64,000 bases of DNA from Armatimonadia bacterium. Its GTDB lineage: Bacteria; Armatimonadota; Zipacnadia; Zipacnadales; UBA11051. Within the stretch, counting starts at the first letter, position 1. Every line of letters starts with the position of its first letter. The stretch covers positions 1,966 to 65,965 of the forward strand of contig JBDKRC010000027.1 of assembly GCA_039683575.1 (NCBI GenBank), read 5' to 3'. The notes beneath the pieces are model-generated. The model was not told the origin of the DNA. It did not search any database and worked only from the letters and a program-made list of their open reading frames with translations. Of this stretch, positions 46,996 to 55,322 are shown piece after piece. The translations under genes and the position numbers were made by a program.

Positions 46996-47952
46996 TCAGT
47001 CAACATCTTCTATGACTACCCGCTCCAGGGCGTGAATAAGCTCGGCCTCGAGATCACGTATGTCACCGAGATCATCCCGGCGCTGGTCAAGCCAGTCACG
47101 ATCCTCCGGGAGGCCGGCCGGTTCGATGATCTCGGGGGCGACTTGTAGGGCTTCGAGGCGAGTGACGATGCGCTGGGCCAGGGCGGCGGTCTCTTCGAGA
47201 GGCTCGGTGGCGTGCTGAACCAGCTCAGAGGTGTCGGCAAGGAAGGCCGCGGCGGCGTCACGGGCTTCGATCAAGCCAGAGAGCAGTAGCTGTTCAGCCA
47301 GAAAGCGCTCAAGACGGGTCAGAGGCGGGCCATACGGCTCCTCGGCCGCCAGAATACCGGACCAATGGGCGTACTGAACCTGGGCGTGGTGCAGAAGAGG
47401 CAGAGCGCGGACTAGCGTTGCCAGTGCCAGCGCGTCCGGGGGAGACCCCGGCGCTGGATCACCCAGCAGGAGAAGCAGATCGACCTGCGGAGGGTGGCGG
47501 TCGAGACGGCGGCCCTCGTAGGCGTAACCGAGGAGGTCTTCACCCTGCGCGCCGGCGAGGAGGGACCAGGCGGTGGGGTTGGCGCCCCAGCCGAGAGCGA
47601 GGACGGGACGACCGGCAGTGATCTCGGCGCGCACGCAGTCTTCGACCACGGCGGGAGTGGGCGAGACGAGTAGCGTGGAGCGGTGGCCAAGAGCCTCAAG
47701 GGCCTCCACGAGCGGCAGAGAGGGGTCGAGTGACGGGAGAAAGCCGTCAGTGAGGTCGAGAGTGAAGGCCGCGCCGGTGACGGCCATGAGGGCGTCGTAG
47801 GTGACGGTCTGCTTGAGGTGGTTGAGGGCCAGACACAGGGCGGCAACCAGCGACGAGCGGCCGTCGGCGCGAGTGGGGGCGCGGAGGCCGTCGAGGAGTT
47901 GAAGGTTGTCGTTGAGGCCCTGGTCGGGGCCGTCAAAGAGGCGTCTGAGCAT
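46996..47952 (-). CDS. Hypothetical protein (weak resemblance to BtrH/DUF4872-like papain-fold proteins)
   Basis: 318-aa ORF filling the gap with normal codon bias; YDALMAVTGAAF and GRPVLALGW segments. Confidence 0.6.
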   Translation of the reverse strand: MLRRLFDGPDQGLNDNLQLLDGLRAPTRADGRSSLVAALCLALNHLKQTVTYDALMAVTGAAFTLDLTDGFLPSLDPSLPLVEALEALGHRSTLLVSPTPAVVEDCVRAEITAGRPVLALGWGANPTAWSLLAGAQGEDLLGYAYEGRRLDRHPPQVDLLLLLGDPAPGSPPDALALATLVRALPLLHHAQVQYAHWSGILAAEEPYGPPLTRLERFLAEQLLLSGLIEARDAAAAFLADTSELVQHATEPLEETAALAQRIVTRLEALQVAPEIIEPAGLPEDRDWLDQRRDDLGDIRDLEAELIHALERVVIEDVD

Positions 47953-48005
47953 CGAGGACCTCAGGCGTGGCGTTAGCGGGCGCAGGTACAGAACGCACCG
48001 TACGG

Positions 48006-49187
48006 TTAGAAAGTGAACTCGTAGGTGACTTTGTCCACAGCCCCGGGCAGGCTCAGGATGCCGTCGGCAACAGTGTAACTCGTTGAAGGCTGCCCTCCAC
48101 AGGTGGCGCTCTTGATGTTGGAGAGATTCAAGGCGCCAAGGTTGAGGCGGACATCTTTGGCTTGCTCGACGGTAACTGTCAGTCTGGCGGGCTGAGCGGG
48201 TTCGTTGTCCTTGGCCGGGGTAGCCGGAGCGAGGACCGCGTCACACCTGGCGAAGGTGTTGGGCGCGCCGGGGGCAACGTAGAGCCAGAAGTACCACTTG
48301 GCCTCGTCGGTGACGAGGTGCTGAGCCAGGGGGGCTGTACTGGGCTTGACCTGGCGAGAGAGCCATTCGAAGCCGCGCTCGGTGAGCATATCATGCCCGC
48401 CGGTCCAACTGTAGAACTCCGCCCGGTGCTTTAGAGGGCGCAAGACCTCATAGGTTTTCCATGATTGTGTAACCCAGATGGTCTGGTCCTTGTCGCCGTG
48501 ACAGATCTGAAGGTTGGTGTTCGCCGCGTTGGTCAGGAAGGTGCGGGGGCTGCGGCGCAGGTACTCGAAGTCGACCTCAGCGCTGTCACCGGGCTTGCCA
48601 CCCGCCACGGCCTCGATATGCGGGGCGTAGCCGTTTTGCTGGGCGTGCCAGTCTGAAAGGCTGCTGACAGGGCACCAGGCGGAGACGCCGGCCCAGATAT
48701 CGGGGTACTTGCCGGCCATCATCAGTGACATGTGGCCGCCGCCGGAGCCGCCGATGATGTAGATGCGGCTCTCATCAACGCGGTAGGTGGACTTCATGTG
48801 GTTGACCGCATCGAGGATATCGTGCTGGGCCGGTAGCGACGCACCGGCCTCGCGCGGGGCGGGGTTGGTGGTGACATTCGCACCGCGGAAGTTTGGAAGG
48901 ATCATCAGCCAGCCGTACCTGGCGCATAGTGGAGCCATGGCGGCAGTTTGCTGGCGGTAGTCGGCGGACCAGGTGTGGATGCCGACGAGTAGAGGCGTCG
49001 GTTTGGTCGCGTCGAGGTTTTCGGGGACACCGACTATGACAGGCTGCTGCTTGCCATCTAGCGAGGACGTGAGAGTGACTTCGGTGAGAGCCATCCCCTT
49101 GACAGGGGGTAGATTTTGGGCGGAGGAATCCACTATGAGACCGAGGGAAAAGATGACGACGAAGGCACTGAGAAGGTACGGGAGCAT
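48006..49187 (-). CDS. Secreted S9/esterase-like alpha/beta hydrolase
   Basis: PLLVGIHTW, IYIIGGSGGG nucleophile, CHGDKD and GGHD. Confidence 0.82.
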   Translation of the reverse strand: MLPYLLSAFVVIFSLGLIVDSSAQNLPPVKGMALTEVTLTSSLDGKQQPVIVGVPENLDATKPTPLLVGIHTWSADYRQQTAAMAPLCARYGWLMILPNFRGANVTTNPAPREAGASLPAQHDILDAVNHMKSTYRVDESRIYIIGGSGGGHMSLMMAGKYPDIWAGVSAWCPVSSLSDWHAQQNGYAPHIEAVAGGKPGDSAEVDFEYLRRSPRTFLTNAANTNLQICHGDKDQTIWVTQSWKTYEVLRPLKHRAEFYSWTGGHDMLTERGFEWLSRQVKPSTAPLAQHLVTDEAKWYFWLYVAPGAPNTFARCDAVLAPATPAKDNEPAQPARLTVTVEQAKDVRLNLGALNLSNIKSATCGGQPSTSYTVADGILSLPGAVDKVTYEFTF

Positions 49188-49264
49188 GATTCTGGTCCTG
49201 AGATCGGGATTTTGGCACTATTTCAGGCAAAGGTATTAGGCATCGGGGGCTCTGTGGCCTCCCC

Positions 49265-49293
49265 TTGAAACGGATTTTCCGGTATACTATGTT
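49265..49293 (+). promoter_or_regulatory. Candidate promoter for the long greA gene
   Basis: TTGAAA-N17-TATGTT. Confidence 0.4.
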
Positions 49294-49362
49294 ACGTACG
49301 AAGGGACTCATGCCCCGAAAGAGGAATCATCCCCCCCGTCATCTGCCACCAAGGAGTCGTTT

Positions 49363-52023
49363 ATGTCTGATTTCCCCGAACTGTCCGCGCGCCTGCAAGC
49401 GCTCTTGCAGCAGGAAACTGAAGCACCCTCGACCCTCAGCGCCGAGCAACGCCAGCAAATCACAGCGATCTTTGCCGAGGCCTGCGAGGACGACCGCCTC
49501 GAACTGGCGGCCGTCGTGCAGCGAGCCCTCGACGAGCAACCCGGGCACCTACTCGCGCTTTACGCACGTGCGACCGCTGAGGAACTGGCGGAGGAGAAGG
49601 AATCCGCCGGGAACCTGTACCTGCAGATTGTGCAGGCTCTCGCCTCCCAGAAGGACTGGGAAGGCGTCTTGGCAGTTGCGGTGCAAGCCATGCCCATGAG
49701 CGGCGACTACCGCCTGGTACGGCTGGTGCGGCGTGCCGGGGAGAAGGGGAACCTTGACATCACGGCGGCGATGCAGGTGGCGCAGGAGGAGTGCGCGGAC
49801 TCGCCGGATCTGCTGTGGGAGCAAAGTAGGGAAGCCGATGAACGGGGAGATATCGACGAGGGGCTGAAGCTGGCCCTGGCGGCCCTGGAGGGGTATGTGG
49901 GGCTGAAAGAGCCGGAACATGCCGAGGACCCGCTGCTGCGAGCGCTCGAGGCCAATGACGTGGCGACCTACGAGCGGCTGCTGGCGGTCATGCGCCGGAT
50001 GGCGGCGGCCGGGCAGGTGGAACTGCTGAGCACCGCGTTTGAGCTGGCCGAGGAGAAGCTGTTCGACCTGGACATGGCGGAGGACCTGGCCGACGCGCTG
50101 GTCTACATACTGGAGAAGCGGCCGGAGCTGGCGGAACTGCGGAAGCTGTACGCCCGGGCAATCATCAAGCCGCTCGGCGGCTATGACGCACTGCAGCAGG
50201 TGGCGGCAGAGACCGGGCTGGACAACCCCGCGGTGCCGATCGAGGATGCGCTGGCGGCGTTCCAGGAGGCGGCAGCCTTCAGCCCCGGGGCCTACGTAAG
50301 CCACCGCAGCTGGGGCGTGGGACGGATCACGCGGCACGAAGACGACGAGTTGACGATTGACTTTGAAGAGAAGCCACAGCACAAGATGGCCGCCCAGATG
50401 GCGAAGTCCGTGCTGCTGCCGCTATCGCGTGATTCGCTGCAGGTTCAGCGGGCCACCGGCCTGGACGCGCTCAAGCGCGAGGCGGATGACAACCCCGCGA
50501 ATATCGTATACCGGCTGATGATGGAGAGTGGCGGCGAGATCGTGACCCCGGACATCAAGATGCGACTCACGCCGTGGCTGGTGCGCGAGGAAGGGTGGTC
50601 AACCTGGTGGCGCAAGGCCCGCAAGGCCATTGAAGAGGACCGGCGGATCGACTCTTCGCAGGCCTTCCGGCATCTTTACCGCGAGGCGCAGCGGGGTGGG
50701 GAACCGGAAGTGCCGCTGCTCAACCTTGACCCGCGCAAGGGGATCAAGGGCGCCATTTCGATGATTCATAAGCTGCTATCGCAGCACCCGCAGACCAATG
50801 AGCGGGCTAAGATGCACTATGGCCGAACTCTGCGCGACTGGCTCAAGGATACCCACAAGCTTGAAGACTGGGTACGGGCGCTGCCGCTGATGGAGCGCTG
50901 GTACCCCGAGCGTGAGGCGGAGTGGCTGGTAGAGGCTGAGAAGGCGCTGCCGAGCGTGCCACTGACGCTGGCAGGCGAAGAACCCGACCAGATGGTGCTC
51001 CTGGAACTGGGCCTCAAGAGCAGGGCATGGAAGGATGCAGCTTTCTCCGCCTTGTCCTCGCGGTTTGACTCAGTCAAGGAGAAAGGCCTGCAGGTCCTTG
51101 GCGAGCGGGCGCGGGACACTTTGTGGGAGGATTTCACTGATCTTCTGACCACCGCGGGGCACTACCAGCAGAAGATGGCCGTGGCGGAGATGATCCTGAA
51201 TAAGGAACTCACGCGCGATGACACTGGCGACGAACTGCCCATTGATCCGTGGATTCTGCTTCATGCGACGCTGTCGGTGGTTGCCAGCAAGTCAGCGCAT
51301 GCCGGCCGCGGCATGGCAAACAGGCTGCTGAAGGCGGCGGGACCGCTGGTGGAGGCGTTGAAGGGCCGCGAGCTGTCGGAGGAGATGAACGAGATCTTCA
51401 ACACCTTCCGGCGCCGGCCACTCGAGGGTGAGGTGCAACTGGCGGTGGAGGCGCTCTTGCAGGCGGTCGAAAAGGCAGAACTGGCGCATGACATCCTCAG
51501 AATTCACCAGCCGTACCAGGAAGATGAGGCGAAGCCGCCGGAACTGGACCCGCGTCTCACGCTGATGACTCGGCAGACGCTCGAAACACAGACTGAGCGG
51601 ATGCGCGAGATGGAACACCAACTGGCCGTCGAGATCCCGCAGGAGATTGCCAAGGCGCGGGCCCTGGGCGACCTGAGCGAGAACGCCGAGTACCATGCGG
51701 CGCGCGAGCGGCAGGGCATTACCAAGGCGCTGTACGACAACCTGCTGGCGCAGATGGAAACGGCACTGGCGATTGAGGACGTACACCGTGCACCGGGCGT
51801 GGCCGGAGTAGGCAAAGAGGTGCGGCTGCGTGAGGTGGAGAGCGGCGAGGAGCAGTCGGTATGGGTACTCGGTGAAGGCGACACGCAGTATGGCCACGAG
51901 GTAGTGTCCTACAAGGCTCCTCTAGGCCAGGCGCTCGTGGGCAAGAAGGTTGGGGACGTGGCGCAGGTTGGCGAGGACGGGCCGCAGTACGAGGTTCTGG
52001 CGATTGAGGAGAAGATGCCGTAA
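49363..52023 (+). CDS. greA: Long-form transcription elongation factor GreA (about 730-aa helical N-terminal region plus C-terminal GreA domain)
   Basis: IAKARALGDLSENAEYHAARERQ and SYKAPLGQALVGKKVGD motifs; ATG behind AAGGAG. Confidence 0.88.
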   Translation: MSDFPELSARLQALLQQETEAPSTLSAEQRQQITAIFAEACEDDRLELAAVVQRALDEQPGHLLALYARATAEELAEEKESAGNLYLQIVQALASQKDWEGVLAVAVQAMPMSGDYRLVRLVRRAGEKGNLDITAAMQVAQEECADSPDLLWEQSREADERGDIDEGLKLALAALEGYVGLKEPEHAEDPLLRALEANDVATYERLLAVMRRMAAAGQVELLSTAFELAEEKLFDLDMAEDLADALVYILEKRPELAELRKLYARAIIKPLGGYDALQQVAAETGLDNPAVPIEDALAAFQEAAAFSPGAYVSHRSWGVGRITRHEDDELTIDFEEKPQHKMAAQMAKSVLLPLSRDSLQVQRATGLDALKREADDNPANIVYRLMMESGGEIVTPDIKMRLTPWLVREEGWSTWWRKARKAIEEDRRIDSSQAFRHLYREAQRGGEPEVPLLNLDPRKGIKGAISMIHKLLSQHPQTNERAKMHYGRTLRDWLKDTHKLEDWVRALPLMERWYPEREAEWLVEAEKALPSVPLTLAGEEPDQMVLLELGLKSRAWKDAAFSALSSRFDSVKEKGLQVLGERARDTLWEDFTDLLTTAGHYQQKMAVAEMILNKELTRDDTGDELPIDPWILLHATLSVVASKSAHAGRGMANRLLKAAGPLVEALKGRELSEEMNEIFNTFRRRPLEGEVQLAVEALLQAVEKAELAHDILRIHQPYQEDEAKPPELDPRLTLMTRQTLETQTERMREMEHQLAVEIPQEIAKARALGDLSENAEYHAARERQGITKALYDNLLAQMETALAIEDVHRAPGVAGVGKEVRLREVESGEEQSVWVLGEGDTQYGHEVVSYKAPLGQALVGKKVGDVAQVGEDGPQYEVLAIEEKMP

Positions 52024-52065
52024 GGCAGGGCGTAGGGATCAGGGTCAGGAACGGATCAGACCGTC

Positions 52066-52161
52066 TGTCATCCTGAAGCCGCACGTCCGCGTGCGCAAAG
52101 TGAAGGATCTCGGTTAGCCACCCGGGATCCTTCGTCGCATACGGGGCCTCTCGGGCTGACA
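52066..52161. repeat. GTCATCCTGA...GAAGGATC / GATCCTTCG...TGACA hairpin element
   Basis: Same terminal motifs as 63672-63736 and 23214-23259. Confidence 0.6.
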
Positions 52162-52207
52162 GGCGGACGACTGGTAACACGGAATATCGAGACGGCTGGA
52201 GGGTGTC

Positions 52208-54385
52208 ATGCTCAGGCAGACTGCCGCGCCGCTGGTGATGCCGTATCCGCGGGAAATGAGTGTCGGGCGGGGAAAGGTCGGGCTTGAGGGGGTGATGATA
52301 CTCGCGGAAGGAGCGGCGGCGAAACGGGCTGGCAAGGCGCTCGCGGCGGGGCTGAAGGACCTGGGGGTGCCCGTGTGGGATGACGGGTATCCGGTCTCTC
52401 TCGTTGTGCTCGAAGAGGCGGACATGCGGGTCAGCCATGAGATGTATGACCTGCAGGTGAAGCGCGAGGGGACGATCATCGCGGCGCCGGCGTATGAGGG
52501 GCTGTACTACGGAGTGCAGACGCTGCTGCAGTTGGTTGAGCCCTCGGCCCCCGAGAAGGCCACAGGCGACGCCGCACCCACGCGGGGCCTCCTGCCGCTG
52601 TGCAGCGTCACAGACTGGCCGCTGAAGCAGATTCGGGGTATTCACACCTACCTGCCCTCGCGGGAGAATCTGCCCTTCTTCAAGCGCTTCATCGAGTGGA
52701 TGGGGCGGCACAAGCTGAACACGATCTTCCTGGAAGTCGGCGGGGGAATGGAGTACCAGCGGCATCCGGAAGTGAACAAGGCCTGGAAGCGCTTCTGCAA
52801 GGAAGCCATGGCCTACCCCGGGGGGCCGGACGCGCTGCAAGACTCACAGTGGTTCTTCAAGAATTCCACCCACACAGAGTTGGCCGGCGGCAGCTACCTG
52901 ACACAGAAGGAATGCCGCGAGATCGTCAAATGGTGCCGCGACAACGGCATCGAGGTCATGCCCGAGGTGCAGTCGCTCAGCCACTCCTACTACCTCACCA
53001 TGGCCCACCCGGAGATCGCCGAGGTGGCCGAGGACCCCTGGCCGGACAACTACTGCCCCAGCAATCCCCGCAGCTATGAACTGTACTTTGAGATCCTCGA
53101 GGAAATCATCGAGGTCTTCGAGCCGCGCCTGATCCACATCGGGCACGACGAGGCGTATATCTTCAAGTTCTGCCCAAAGTGCAAAGACCGCGAGGCAGCG
53201 GAGATATATGCCACCGACATCACGAAGGTGCATGACTGGCTGGCGGAGCGGGGGATCAAGACTGCAATCTGGGGCGACAAGCTGCTGGAGATCCACCACC
53301 CCAACGGTACGACCTATGGCGGCGTGGAACGCAACATTACGCGCTATGGCAAGCAGTTCCACCTGCCGGCTACCAACCGCTGCGTGGACCTGATCCCCAG
53401 GGACGTCCTCATCTTCGACTGGTACTGGAGCCTGAGCTACGAGTCGGCCAAGATGCTCGCCGACAAGGGCTTCCAGATGATCTACGGCAACTTCCACGGC
53501 CCCAGCTTCCAGGATTGGGCCAAGCACCGCCAGAACCCGGCGCTGCTCGGTGGTGAGACTTCGCTGTGGTGCGAGGTGGACGAGTATTCGATAGGGCGCA
53601 ACGGGACCTTCCACAACATCCTGTGGGGCGCCAATGACCTCTGGTCGGACTTTGATCCCGATGCGGACCGGGCGAAGATCGTGAGCGACATAGCGGCGGT
53701 CATGCGGCGGGACCGCCAGAGGCTGGGGAAGCACAAGTCGGTAGTCCTCTCCCCCACTCCCAAGCAGTTCCGGCCGGTTGACATGACGACCGCCGGCGCG
53801 CGGGGGATGTACCCCGGCGACAGCCCCGAAGGCGGCCTGAGCTGCCTGCCACGCGGCAAGCAGAAGCTCGGCGGCGTGGAATTCCTCATTCCCAAGGACG
53901 GCAAGCAGAAGGCGACGGTGCCGGCGGTAGACTGGCATGTGCGGTCGTGCCCGCCGATACCGGTGGACGGCAAGGCCGAGGCGCTGGCCTTCCTGCACAC
54001 CACGACGGTGCCGCGCGTCCATGCGCCGACGTACTACAGCCTGAACCTGGGCCCGAACCTGATCGGGGCCTATCTGGTGGAGTATGAGGACGGCAAGACG
54101 GTCGAGGTGCCGCTGGAGTATGGCTGGAACATAGACAGCTTCAACAGCGGCTACATGATCGGCAAGGGCGGCGACCAGACCGACGTCATCGGCGCGTATG
54201 ACTATGCCGCCGACCCGGTGCTGGCGGGCGAGACGCCCGAGGGGCGCAGGTACACAATCTTCATGTACGAATGGGTGAACCCACGACCGAAGGTACCAAT
54301 CCGCAACATTCGGCTCACGTGGCAGGCTGGGTACAGCGGCGGGGTGATTGCGCTTTTGGCGGTGACGGTTGTTGAGCGGCTGTAA
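52208..54385 (+). CDS. GH20 beta-N-acetylhexosaminidase-like protein
   Basis: GLYYGVQTL, DWPLKQIRG, VMPEVQSLSH, IHIGHDE (catalytic DE pair) and IWGD motifs. Confidence 0.85.
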   Translation: MLRQTAAPLVMPYPREMSVGRGKVGLEGVMILAEGAAAKRAGKALAAGLKDLGVPVWDDGYPVSLVVLEEADMRVSHEMYDLQVKREGTIIAAPAYEGLYYGVQTLLQLVEPSAPEKATGDAAPTRGLLPLCSVTDWPLKQIRGIHTYLPSRENLPFFKRFIEWMGRHKLNTIFLEVGGGMEYQRHPEVNKAWKRFCKEAMAYPGGPDALQDSQWFFKNSTHTELAGGSYLTQKECREIVKWCRDNGIEVMPEVQSLSHSYYLTMAHPEIAEVAEDPWPDNYCPSNPRSYELYFEILEEIIEVFEPRLIHIGHDEAYIFKFCPKCKDREAAEIYATDITKVHDWLAERGIKTAIWGDKLLEIHHPNGTTYGGVERNITRYGKQFHLPATNRCVDLIPRDVLIFDWYWSLSYESAKMLADKGFQMIYGNFHGPSFQDWAKHRQNPALLGGETSLWCEVDEYSIGRNGTFHNILWGANDLWSDFDPDADRAKIVSDIAAVMRRDRQRLGKHKSVVLSPTPKQFRPVDMTTAGARGMYPGDSPEGGLSCLPRGKQKLGGVEFLIPKDGKQKATVPAVDWHVRSCPPIPVDGKAEALAFLHTTTVPRVHAPTYYSLNLGPNLIGAYLVEYEDGKTVEVPLEYGWNIDSFNSGYMIGKGGDQTDVIGAYDYAADPVLAGETPEGRRYTIFMYEWVNPRPKVPIRNIRLTWQAGYSGGVIALLAVTVVERL

Positions 54386-54427
54386 AGCCGCCCGGACAGT
54401 TTGACTATCGGAAGGCAGGAGCAGACA

Positions 54428-55225
54428 ATGAAACTTGGTGCGAATTCGGTTCTGTTTGGCGGCTATGACATGGACACCGCCTTCAAGTACACGGCCATGG
54501 CGGGCTATGACGGTATTGAACTGTCGGCCATCGGCGGCATGAGCGAGCATCTCGTGATTGACCGCTGGCAGGAGCTCGTGCAGCCGATCAAGGACCTGGC
54601 CGAGAAGTACGGACTTGAGCTTCTGGCGATGGAGCAGCCCTCGCAGGACCGCGCGATCATGGAGCAGGCCTTCGCCGCCGCGGCGGAGATCGGCATCCCC
54701 ATCATCAACTGCGGCCCCGGCGGCAAGAGCGATGACGAGGAGACGCTGAAGGCCTCCATCGAGTCGCTCAACTCGCTCGCGGACCTGGCCGGGACCTATG
54801 GCGTGACACTGTGCGTGAAGGCCCATGTCGGCGCCTCCATCTACAACACGCCGACGACACTGAAAGCCATGGAGCAGATCACCAGCCCCCATTTCGGCAT
54901 CGACATGGACCCCTCGCACATCTGGCGCGCGGGCGAAAACCCGGTAGAAGCCATCGCCGCGGTAGTCTCCCGCGTCAAACACGTCCACATCCGCGACTGC
55001 AAGGGCCGCCAGCAAAGCCCCGGCACCCCGGAAATGCAAGCCAACGGCCGCGGCGACATAGACCTGGTAGGCTACATCCGCGTCCTGCACGAAGCCGGCT
55101 ACGATGGTCCGCTGAACCTCGAGATCATCGGCGCGAAGGAATACACGCTGGAGCAATGCTGTGTGATAGCGGCGGAGAGCCGCGGGCACATGCAGGCGTG
55201 TCTGCAGGCTTGTGGGGCGAGGTAG
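54428..55225 (+). CDS. Sugar phosphate isomerase/epimerase (xylose isomerase-like TIM barrel)
   Basis: GYDGIEL, IDMDPSH, HVHIRD, GRGDID and GPLNLE motifs; ATG at 54428. Confidence 0.85.
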   Translation: MKLGANSVLFGGYDMDTAFKYTAMAGYDGIELSAIGGMSEHLVIDRWQELVQPIKDLAEKYGLELLAMEQPSQDRAIMEQAFAAAAEIGIPIINCGPGGKSDDEETLKASIESLNSLADLAGTYGVTLCVKAHVGASIYNTPTTLKAMEQITSPHFGIDMDPSHIWRAGENPVEAIAAVVSRVKHVHIRDCKGRQQSPGTPEMQANGRGDIDLVGYIRVLHEAGYDGPLNLEIIGAKEYTLEQCCVIAAESRGHMQACLQACGAR

Positions 55226-55322
55226 GGCCGACCGCCGAAGAGGTGCATTGCTGAGCGGGCGCCGCGACGGCATGAGTGGGAAAGCCACCACGTTTGCCGT
55301 TAACTCAAGAAGGGGGAATACC

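Noticed and set aside
52545-52590. Second intragenic REP in the GH20 linker (PSAPEKATGDAAPTRG)
   Set aside because: No GTAG head or clean hairpin; consistent with an ordinary low-complexity linker.
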